Positions 26,253 through 33,432 of a DNA stretch of 36,666 nucleotides are shown here, in pieces. This DNA comes from Clostridia bacterium (GTDB lineage: Bacteria > Bacillota > Clostridia > UMGS1883). A program made the translations under genes and the position numbers. The stretch spans positions 1 to 36,666 of the forward strand of contig JAZRPN010000060.1 of assembly GCA_045649225.1 (NCBI GenBank), read 5' to 3'. The stretch's first letter is position 1. Every line of letters starts with the position of its first letter. Below the pieces are notes generated by a model. That model ran no database searches. It had not been told where the DNA came from and was given only the letters and a program-made list of their open reading frames with translations.

Positions 26253-28100
26253 TTGAACAAAAAAATAGATAAGATACTGAAAAAAGTGCAAAAAGCAACC
26301 CATTACACGGGTGGCGAGTTAAACAGCGTCGTAAAGGACCCCGAAAAGGTGGATATACGCTATGCGTTTGCGTTTCCTGATGTTTATGAGGTGGGGATGA
26401 GCCATCTCGGCATAAAAATTCTCTACAACGTACTTAACAAGCGTGAGGATACTTACTGCGAGCGTGTTTTTGCTCCGTGGATTGATATGGAGGAAGAAAT
26501 GCGCAAGGAGGGTGTTTCGCTCTTTACTAACGAAACACAGACCGAGGTTAAAAAGTTTGACTTCCTTGGAATAACACTTCAGTACGAAATGTGCTATACA
26601 AATATTCTTAATATGCTTGAGCTTGCAAATATTCCTCTCAGGAGTTGCGAGCGTGGAGAGGACGACCCGTTTGTAAACGGCGGCGGCCCCTGTGCATATA
26701 ATGCAGAGCCACTTGCAGATATCTTTGACTTCTTTACAATGGGCGAGGGCGAAGATGTTATAAACGAGCTTATGGACGCCTTTAAGGAATGGAAAAAGAG
26801 CGGTAAGCCAAGGAAAGAATACTTAAAGCGTATTGCGCAGATTGAGGGAATCTATGTACCAAGCTTTTACGATGTCGAATACAATGACAACGGTACAATC
26901 AAAAGTATGACCCCGAACTGTGAGGAAGCAAAGCCGAAAATAAGAAAACGTATAATTTCCGACCTTGATAAGGTTTTGTATCCCGATAAATTTATTGTTC
27001 CTTTTTCAGATATAATTCACGACAGAGCAAACATCGAAGTTTTCAGGGGTTGTATACGCGGGTGCAGATTTTGTCAGGCAGGTATGATTTATAGACCCGT
27101 GCGTGAGAAAACCCCAGGCACGCTTGTTTGTGATGCCGTAAATCTTATTGACTCAACAGGCTACGAGGAAATGGGGCTTTCAAGCCTTTCAACGAGCGAC
27201 TATACAAAACTTGAAGAGCTTACGGACAAGCTTCTCGATGTTACGGAAAGTAAAAAGGTAAGCCTTTCGCTTCCGTCGCTCAGGGTTGACAATTTCAGTA
27301 TTGAGCTTATGAACCGTGTTCAAAAGGTAAGAAAAAGCGGTCTTACATTTGCTCCCGAGGCGGGTAGCCAGAGGATGAGAGATGTCATAAATAAAAATGT
27401 TAAGGAATCTGACCTTATGACATCGGCAACACTTGCATTTGAGGGCGGTTGGTCAAACGTAAAGCTTTACTTTATGATAGGACTTCCGTATGAAGAATAT
27501 GAAGATATAAAGGGAATAGCAGATCTTTCGCAAAAGGTGGTTGAGTGCTACTACTCAAGCGAAAAAACGAACAAGCGCCGCTCGCCGTCGGTCAGCATAA
27601 GCGTTGCGGGCTTTGTGCCAAAGCCGTTTACGCCTTTCCAGTGGGCAGGGCAGAACACTCCCGCAGAGCTTAGCGACAAACAACGCTTCCTCAAAGGAGA
27701 AATACACAACCGCCACGTAAAATACAGCTACCACGAAAGCGAGGTAAGCGTGCTCGAGGGCATTTTTGCACGTGGGGACAGGCGTCTGGGCGAGGTGCTT
27801 ATCAGGGCTCACGAGCTTGGATGCAAGCTCGACAGCTGGAACGAGTGCTTTAATATGGACTTGTGGAAGCAGGCATTTAATGACTGCGGAATTGATATGG
27901 CGTTTTATACAAGGGAGCGCAGCTACGACGAAATTCTACCGTGGGATATTATAGATATCGGCGTAACCAAGGACTTCTTAATGAAAGAAAACGAAAATGC
28001 TAAAAAAGCCGCTACAACACCCAACTGCCGTGAAAAGTGCAGTGGCTGCGGTGCGGCATCGCTTTGCAAAACAAAGGAAGGATGTGTTTGCTTTGAGTAA
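26253..28100 (+). CDS. Radical SAM protein with an N-terminal B12-binding-like domain (TIGR03960-type, function unknown)
   Basis: 615 aa with the CxxxCxxC cluster motif FRGCIRGCRFCQAG. TTG start with AAGGAG 9 nt upstream. A Cys-rich C-terminus is present (CREKCSGCGAASLCKTKEGCVC). Confidence 0.85.
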   Translation: MNKKIDKILKKVQKATHYTGGELNSVVKDPEKVDIRYAFAFPDVYEVGMSHLGIKILYNVLNKREDTYCERVFAPWIDMEEEMRKEGVSLFTNETQTEVKKFDFLGITLQYEMCYTNILNMLELANIPLRSCERGEDDPFVNGGGPCAYNAEPLADIFDFFTMGEGEDVINELMDAFKEWKKSGKPRKEYLKRIAQIEGIYVPSFYDVEYNDNGTIKSMTPNCEEAKPKIRKRIISDLDKVLYPDKFIVPFSDIIHDRANIEVFRGCIRGCRFCQAGMIYRPVREKTPGTLVCDAVNLIDSTGYEEMGLSSLSTSDYTKLEELTDKLLDVTESKKVSLSLPSLRVDNFSIELMNRVQKVRKSGLTFAPEAGSQRMRDVINKNVKESDLMTSATLAFEGGWSNVKLYFMIGLPYEEYEDIKGIADLSQKVVECYYSSEKTNKRRSPSVSISVAGFVPKPFTPFQWAGQNTPAELSDKQRFLKGEIHNRHVKYSYHESEVSVLEGIFARGDRRLGEVLIRAHELGCKLDSWNECFNMDLWKQAFNDCGIDMAFYTRERSYDEILPWDIIDIGVTKDFLMKENENAKKAATTPNCREKCSGCGAASLCKTKEGCVCFE

Positions 28101-28728
28101 TTTTTATCTGATATATGAAAGAGGCGAAAACACAAAATATGTGTCGCATCTTGACTTTGTGCGTGTGTTTGGCAGGGCAATGCGCAGGGCACAAATCCCG
28201 ATAGCGTATTCAGAAGGTTTTAACCCGCACCCGCTTCTCACATTTGCGCTTCCTCTTCCGGTAGGGCACACAAGCGAGTGTGAGCTACTCGAAATTACTC
28301 TTGCAGAGGATATTCCCAAAGAGGAAATTGTTTCAAAGTTAAACGGTGTTCTCCCTGCAGGAATAACCGTGAAAGAAGCATTTGAGGGCAAAAGTCGCCT
28401 GAAAAAGCTTGATAACGCAAAATACATTGTCCGCCCCGAAAATCTTCCCGAATCGGTAGAGGGTTTTTGGGGGATGAAGGAAATTGTGATAGAGAAAAAG
28501 ACAAAAAGCGGAATAAAGGAAACAGATATCCGCTCCGATATAAAAGAAATAAAAATAACGCCCGATTCTATGGAAATGGTTTTGTCGGCTGGCAGTCGTG
28601 CAAATCTTAAACCCGAGATAGTTATAAAGGCGATGAATAAATATATAGAGGGGTATGACAGCGGGGATTGTGCTTTTCACCGCGTGGATATCTACGATAA
28701 CGAAATGAAGACCATAAGAGGTGAGTAA
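28084..28728 (+). CDS. Radical-SAM-linked protein (DUF2344 / TIGR03936-type)
   Basis: Family-typical N-terminal region YVSHLDFVRVFGRAMRRAQIPIAYSEGFNPHPLLTFALPLPVG. The start is uncertain: GTG at 28084 or TTG at 28093, both after SD AAGGAAGGA. The ATG at 27997 in the track would overlap the radical SAM gene by 104 nt. Confidence 0.72.
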   Translation: MFALSNFYLIYERGENTKYVSHLDFVRVFGRAMRRAQIPIAYSEGFNPHPLLTFALPLPVGHTSECELLEITLAEDIPKEEIVSKLNGVLPAGITVKEAFEGKSRLKKLDNAKYIVRPENLPESVEGFWGMKEIVIEKKTKSGIKETDIRSDIKEIKITPDSMEMVLSAGSRANLKPEIVIKAMNKYIEGYDSGDCAFHRVDIYDNEMKTIRGE

Positions 28729-28730
28729 AA

Positions 28731-29579
28731 ATGGCAGGATTATTTGGTTTTAATAACAGAGCAGGCAGGGGCGTCAGCAAGGAAGATGTGGACAAGTCGG
28801 GTCCCGCCCTTTATTTTGATATCTTCTTCCGCAAAATCTGGGATTTTTTAAAGGTGAATCTGTTTTACATTGTCGCGTCAATCCCATCGATTATAGTCTG
28901 GGGATTTATTTCGAGCTTTCTTGTAACACTTCTTGCGCAAAATAGCAGCATAGATGTGGCAGAAAACGCAAATGCACTCTGGGCAATATATGTGCTTCTT
29001 ACAGTTGTTTTGATGGGCGCCTTCGGTACAGGTGCTCCAAGTGCATCGATGGCGTATGTTATGCACAACTTTGTTAACGATACGCACACCTTCGTCTTCA
29101 GCGACTTTATTGACAACTACAAAAGTAACTTTGTTCAGGCAACAATTGTTTTTATAATAGATGCAATTGTATTTTCGGTTTGCGGGTTTGCGTTTATGTT
29201 TTACACAAAGCTTGGCGGTACGCTTGGCATCTTTTTCCGCACGGTAATCACGGTTTTCCTTATAGGCTATGGTGTGCTTCATATGTATATTTATCCCATT
29301 ATGGCAAAATTCCGCCTGAAACTCGGGGATATTTACAGAAACGCGCTGTTTCTTATGATGGCAAAGCTTTTTGTCAGCATTGCGGCGTTTTTGGTATCTG
29401 CACTGATTATATATGCAGTGGTTGTGTTTGCGGCTTCATCAACGATAGGTGTACTGGTGATGCTGGTGCTTTACCTTCCTGTGCTTATATTTACGCAGAT
29501 GTTCATAATAAATAACGTAATTAAAGAGCTTCTTTTAAATCCCTCTCTCGAGGCGGAAAAGAACTCTACAAACGATTAA
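28731..29579 (+). CDS. YesL-family (DUF624) integral membrane protein
   Basis: 282 aa with several TM helices. The N-terminus (FDIFFRKIWDFLKVNLFYIVASIPSI) is typical of DUF624. SD GAGGTGA is present. Confidence 0.65.
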   Translation: MAGLFGFNNRAGRGVSKEDVDKSGPALYFDIFFRKIWDFLKVNLFYIVASIPSIIVWGFISSFLVTLLAQNSSIDVAENANALWAIYVLLTVVLMGAFGTGAPSASMAYVMHNFVNDTHTFVFSDFIDNYKSNFVQATIVFIIDAIVFSVCGFAFMFYTKLGGTLGIFFRTVITVFLIGYGVLHMYIYPIMAKFRLKLGDIYRNALFLMMAKLFVSIAAFLVSALIIYAVVVFAASSTIGVLVMLVLYLPVLIFTQMFIINNVIKELLLNPSLEAEKNSTND

Positions 29580-29592
29580 AGGAGCTGATTGC

Positions 29593-31089
29593 TTGAAGAA
29601 GCAAAGCTTTATAAAAGGTGCAGCTGTGATGGCGGGGGCATCGATTTTGTGCAAGATAATGAGCGCAATCTTCAAAATACCGCTTGACCTGTTTTTCCTG
29701 CACGAGGATGGAATTGCGATTTATCAGAGCGTGTATTCCATTTACAACATATTCTTAGCAATATGCGTAACAGGTGTTCCTATTGCGCTTTCAAGCCTTG
29801 TAGCAAAAGAGAGTGAGGAAGAGGGGCTGAGCCTTTGTTCGTCAACCTTTACGGCAGTAACTTTTATTTGTGCACTGGGCAGTATTTTGATATTTGTGTT
29901 TGCAAGGCCGATTGCCATCTATCTTTCGGGCGGCGGTCAACCAAAGGCGGAAATGGCGCTTCGAGCGCTTTCGCCTGCACTGTTGTTTCTGGGAGTGATA
30001 AGCTCGCTGAGGGGATTCTTTCAGGGGCAGTCAAATATGATTCCGTCGGCACTTGGCCAGCTCGGTGAAAGTGCGGTCAAGGTTATTATGGGAATACTTC
30101 TCTGTGCAGTTTTGGTCGGCTTTGGCGTCGAAAGCGGGGCGGCAGGAGCAGTACTTGGAGTTTCTCTCAGTGCTTTTTGTGCAGCAGCGGTGCTTTACCT
30201 GTTTTTAAGAAAAAACGGGAAAAGGCTCTACGGCAAATTTTATATGAAAAAGGCAGTAAGAGTGTTTAAGCTTTCGCTACCTGTTACGCTTGGAACGTTT
30301 GGCTATGCCGCAGTTATGCTTTGCGATGCACTTACCGTTACGAATGTTCTTTCAATGGCAGGTGTGGGCGAGGCACAAAGGCTCAGTCTTTTCGGCTACC
30401 TTACAAGAGCTAACACAGTGTATAATCTCCCTGCGGCAATAATCACGGCAATTACGGCGAGCATTGTGCCGATTATATCGTCAGCCATAGCTAAAAAGGA
30501 CTCTGCCTCGCTTGAAGAAAATGCAGTCAAGTCGCTTAAAAGCATATTCTATGTGGCAAGCCCGTGTGCATTTGGTCTGATGCTCTTTGCACAGCAGATT
30601 TTTGGACTTTTATATTCTAACGAAAACTCGTTTGTCCTTTTGGCGCTTGCGGGTGGACTTGTACTGGTACTTCCGTACGTGCAGACAACTACGGTAATGC
30701 TTCAGTCGCTCGGAAAAGTTTGGCACAGCGTTATTGCAAACGCAGTTGCAATTGTTTTAAAGCTGATTCTTAATGTTGTGCTTATCCGCAACTTTGGAAT
30801 AAATGGAGCACAAATTGCAACAATAATTGCATTTTTGCCTGTGCTTTTGTATAATACGTGGTTGCTTGGCAAATTTATAAATCTCAAAGGTGCCTTCGCT
30901 CAGATTCTCAAAATTGTTTTGTGCGGCGCTGTAGCGTGCTTGCTTTCAAGATGCATGTATGCACTTGGCGGCGGCGTTATAATGCTTATGGCATCAATAT
31001 TTACTGCGGCAGTATTATATATGCTTCTTCTTGTTTTGTCGGGAAGCATTGAAAGAAAAGAAATTATTTCTCTCATAAAAAGGGGATGA
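29593..31089 (+). CDS. MOP-superfamily flippase (SpoVB / MurJ / polysaccharide-biosynthesis-protein type)
   Basis: 498 aa, polytopic, with an N-terminus (FIKGAAVMAGASILCKIMSAIFKIPL) like SpoVB/YabM-type proteins. TTG start with AAAGGAG 8 nt upstream. Its position before mazG mirrors the Bacillus yabM-yabN arrangement. Confidence 0.78.
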   Translation: MKKQSFIKGAAVMAGASILCKIMSAIFKIPLDLFFLHEDGIAIYQSVYSIYNIFLAICVTGVPIALSSLVAKESEEEGLSLCSSTFTAVTFICALGSILIFVFARPIAIYLSGGGQPKAEMALRALSPALLFLGVISSLRGFFQGQSNMIPSALGQLGESAVKVIMGILLCAVLVGFGVESGAAGAVLGVSLSAFCAAAVLYLFLRKNGKRLYGKFYMKKAVRVFKLSLPVTLGTFGYAAVMLCDALTVTNVLSMAGVGEAQRLSLFGYLTRANTVYNLPAAIITAITASIVPIISSAIAKKDSASLEENAVKSLKSIFYVASPCAFGLMLFAQQIFGLLYSNENSFVLLALAGGLVLVLPYVQTTTVMLQSLGKVWHSVIANAVAIVLKLILNVVLIRNFGINGAQIATIIAFLPVLLYNTWLLGKFINLKGAFAQILKIVLCGAVACLLSRCMYALGGGVIMLMASIFTAAVLYMLLLVLSGSIERKEIISLIKRG

Positions 31090-31093
31090 ACGC

Positions 31094-31738
31094 ATGAAAA
31101 ACGATTTTAACCGCCTTTGCGATATAATACATCAGCTTCGCTCTCCTGACGGGTGCCCGTGGGACAGAGAGCAAACGCACAAATCTCTTTCAAAGCATCT
31201 TATAGAAGAGGCTTACGAGGCTATCGACGCTATAGAAGAGGAGGACAACGCCAAAATAGCTGATGAGCTTGGCGATGTTTTGCTTCAGATAGTGATGCAC
31301 GCCGAAATCGGGAGCGAAAAGGGCGAGTTTACCATTGACGATGTGCTCGACGCAATCTGCACAAAAATGATTGTGCGCCACCCGCACGTCTTTGGAAATG
31401 CAGTTGCAGAAACACCCGAAAAGGTTCTCGACAACTGGGAGGCTATCAAACGCAAGGAGCGTGGGCAGAAAAAGCTTTCTGAATCAATCGCATCGATAAC
31501 ACCGTCGCTTCCTGCGCTTATGCGTGCAGGCAAAATTATCGGCAAAATAAAGTCGTCATCCATCCCTGAAAATGTTAAGATAATCCCGGACGACAAAAGT
31601 GCTGAAATGGAAATCGGCAGACAAATTTATGAAATTTGCACGAAATCACACGCTCTTGGGATCGATTCGGAGGCTGCTTTAGCCCAATTTTTGAAAAAAA
31701 TTGAGAAAAATTTAAAAAATATTGAAGAAAATGCTTGA
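31094..31738 (+). CDS. mazG: MazG-family nucleoside triphosphate pyrophosphohydrolase
   Basis: Motifs LRSPDGCPWDREQTHKSL..HLIEEAYEAIDAI...ELGDVLLQIVMHA are present, together with the RHPHVFG motif. Confidence 0.88.
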   Translation: MKNDFNRLCDIIHQLRSPDGCPWDREQTHKSLSKHLIEEAYEAIDAIEEEDNAKIADELGDVLLQIVMHAEIGSEKGEFTIDDVLDAICTKMIVRHPHVFGNAVAETPEKVLDNWEAIKRKERGQKKLSESIASITPSLPALMRAGKIIGKIKSSSIPENVKIIPDDKSAEMEIGRQIYEICTKSHALGIDSEAALAQFLKKIEKNLKNIEENA

Positions 31739-31823
31739 ATATGCAAATTTTATATGATAGTATAGATAATGGTAAGTAAATGCGAATTATCGCAACTATA
31801 TTATATAAAAGGAGGAAAATATA

Positions 31824-32096
31824 ATGAATAAGACAGAACTCGTTGCAGCAATTGCAGAAAAGGCAGCTCTTTCTAAAAAGGACGCTGAGAAGGCTCTTAA
31901 CGCTTTCATCGAAACAGTAGAGGGTACTCTTAAGGCAGGCGACAAAGTACAGCTTGTTGGTTTCGGTACTTTCGAAGTTAGAGAGAGAGCTTCTCGTACA
32001 TGCCTCAATCCTCAGACAAAAGCTAAAATCCAGGTTCCCGCATCTAAGGTTCCTGCATTTAAAGTTGGACAGGCACTTAAGAATCTTGTTAAATAA
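31824..32096 (+). CDS. hup: HU-family DNA-binding protein
   Basis: 90 aa with the diagnostic strings [25 protein letters not shown]...[17 protein letters not shown]...NPQT...[16 protein letters not shown]. Strong SD AAAGGAGG. Confidence 0.92.
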   Translation: [90 protein letters not shown]

Positions 32097-32110
32097 TAAC
32101 AAAGATAATA

Positions 32111-32158
32111 AAAAGATTGTTTTGAAACGACTATTCGTTTTGAAACAATCTTTTTTTT
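32111..32158 (+). terminator. Intrinsic terminator of hup
   Basis: AAAAGATTGTTTTGAAACG-ACTATT-CGTTTTGAAACAATC is followed by TTTTTTTT. Confidence 0.75.
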
Positions 32159-32163
32159 GTTAT

Positions 32164-32244
32164 AAAAATTTCGCTTTTACTTTCAAAAAGCATAAAATTT
32201 GCTAAGGAGCAAAACCAATGCCATTTTGAACGCCAAAATGGCGA
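32164..32244 (+). repeat. Conserved intergenic element, copy 1 (81 nt)
   Basis: Apart from a 9-nt indel, it is identical to 36426-36498. The shared core is TTTCAAAAAGCATAAAATTTGCTAAGGAGCAAAACCAATGCCATTTTGAACGCCAAAATGGCGA. It contains the hairpins TTGCT-AAGG-AGCAA and GCCATTTTG-AACGC-CAAAATGGC. Confidence 0.75.
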
Positions 32245-32474
32245 GCCGTAAACGCCAGCCATTCGCCACGCGCCAGTGAGAGGGCACTACCTCATGGGGC
32301 GTTCTGGCATACGAAATAGGTTGCCGTTCGCAATCGCTCACGGTCTATTTCGCAAAATCGTCGGGGAAATTGATACGGGCAATTTTTGCCCAAGTCAGCA
32401 AAACAAATTTATAAACCAAAAGTTTGTGCTACAAGTTAGCTAACTTCAGTATTTTACCTTTTATCAAAAAAATG

Positions 32475-32503
32475 TTGTATATTCGTGCAAAGTGTGGTAA
32501 AAT
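32475..32503 (+). promoter_or_regulatory. Sigma-A type promoter for a structured leader/sRNA and the 76-aa gene
   Basis: TTGTAT-17 nt-TGgTAAAAT (extended -10). Confidence 0.55.
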
Positions 32504-32506
32504 AAA

Positions 32507-32676
32507 CTTGCCAAACAAACTTAATAAATTATTCGTATCGAATGTGTATTTTTATCTATTTTGGTAAAAATACAAATGCTCTGTCATTATACATCGGTAC
32601 GGATAGTATAAGTTTGTTTGGCGACAAGCAGAGCTATGTATTTTTCGTGCGTAGTCTTACGACTGCGCACTTTTTT
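32507..32676 (+). ncRNA. Structured leader RNA or independent sRNA of about 165 nt, ending in an intrinsic terminator; class not recognised
   Basis: A long closing stem pairs CTTGCCAAACAAACTTA (32507-32523) with TAAGTTTGTTTGGC-GA-CAAG (32609-32628). Three internal hairpins include TGTATTTTTA/TAAAAATACA (32545-32574). The terminator GTGCGTAGTC-TTAC-GACTGCGCAC plus TTTTTT (32647-32676) lies 22 nt before the ATG at 32699. Confidence 0.45.
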
Positions 32677-32698
32677 AATGTGAAAGAAGGTAAGTGTT

Positions 32699-32929
32699 AT
32701 GAAAAGCTATTTCAAGGGACTGATTATAGGTGGAGGCGGAGCACTTCTTGCAGGTTACGCAATAGCCTTGTTAATAGAAGCCGTACAAGAAATTATAACA
32801 ATGGTAACACAACAAGGGTATAGCGTGGTGAACGCATTTTTACATACATTCGGTGATGCCTTCGGCTTGATACTGCTTGTTGCAGGCGTTTATATCATTC
32901 GTGAGGGAGTAAGAAAAAGCAGAATGTGA
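32699..32929 (+). CDS. Small two-TM membrane protein (76 aa), family unknown
   Basis: SD GAAGG lies 8 nt upstream. Two hydrophobic helices are present (GLIIGGGGALLAGYAIALLI; AFGLILLVAGVYII), with a basic C-terminus. It has its own terminator. Confidence 0.6.
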   Translation: MKSYFKGLIIGGGGALLAGYAIALLIEAVQEIITMVTQQGYSVVNAFLHTFGDAFGLILLVAGVYIIREGVRKSRM

Positions 32930-32945
32930 AATTTGGAATAGATGA

Positions 32946-32976
32946 AGAAATTCGCCTTAGGCGGATTTCTTTTTTA
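32946..32976 (+). terminator. Intrinsic terminator of the 76-aa gene
   Basis: AGAAATTCGCC-TTA-GGCGGATTTCT (one G-T pair) is followed by TTTTT. Confidence 0.65.
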
Positions 32977-33120
32977 TCATATAGGAATTTGCGTGTTATA
33001 TCGCGAGCATAAATTGTTGATTTTAAATTCAGTTAGGACGCGACATGGGTGAAGCGGCACGCTTTTTTTGTGAACGGATTTCACCATATTGAATAAACTG
33101 TAATTGAAGGGGTATTCAAT

Positions 33121-33432
33121 ATGGAAAACTTAATCTCTTTAGATGTGCTTAAGCCGGGGCAGCAGGCAAGGATATGTGCTCTTGAAACAAGTGGCAGTAT
33201 TCGACGCCGTTTGCTGGATGTCGGCCTTGTTCCGGGAACAATAGTGGAATGCATCGGAAAAAGCCCCTCAGGCGACCCGACCGCCTTTCTTGTTCGAGGT
33301 GCAGTGATTGCACTGCGAAGTGAAGATTGCAAAAAAATTAAGGGGGTAGTTTATGGGACTTACCAAAAGTTCAACGGGTGCGGGTGCGGTGGACTCAGGT
33401 CTTGTAATCCGCAGGCAAACGCCAAACGATAA
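33121..33432 (+). CDS. feoA: FeoA-family ferrous iron transport protein with an unusual 26-aa C-terminal extension
   Basis: FeoA SH3-like core LKPGQQARICALETSGSIRRRLLDVGLVPGTIVECIGKSPSGDPTAFLVRGAVIALRSEDCKKI. The reading frame continues 80 nt into feoB. Confidence 0.82.
   Translation: MENLISLDVLKPGQQARICALETSGSIRRRLLDVGLVPGTIVECIGKSPSGDPTAFLVRGAVIALRSEDCKKIKGVVYGTYQKFNGCGCGGLRSCNPQANAKR

Noticed and set aside
26026-26256. A 76-aa alternative-frame ORF overlapping the 67-aa small ORF.
   Set aside because: It has no SD. The 26036 frame has GAGGTGA at the correct spacing and a stop coupled to the next gene. Only one of the two can be real, and even that one has low confidence.
27997-28083. The ATG at 27997 as the start of the DUF2344 gene.
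   Set aside because: It would give a 104-nt overlap with the radical SAM gene, and the extra residues do not resemble the family N-terminus. GTG 28084 or TTG 28093 behind the AAGGAAGGA SD are more plausible.
31734-31823. A promoter for hup, with TTGAAT overlapping the mazG stop and several TATAAT-like hexamers.
   Set aside because: Several alternative -10/-35 pairings are possible (TAGTAT, TATAGA, GATAAT). None has both good hexamers and 16-18-nt spacing, so no specific call is made.
32542-32823. A 93-aa ORF spanning the structured leader and the 5' part of the 76-aa gene.
   Set aside because: It has no SD, reads straight through an intrinsic terminator, and overlaps in another frame an ORF with a better SD and clear TM helices.
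32981-33120. A Fur box was looked for upstream of feoA. The features seen were the 8-bp inverted repeat ATTGAATA...TATTCAAT and GTGAA-N5-TTCAC.
   Set aside because: There is no convincing match to the 7-1-7 TGATAAT-N-ATTATCA Fur consensus. The inverted repeats are short and AT-rich, so no regulatory call is made.
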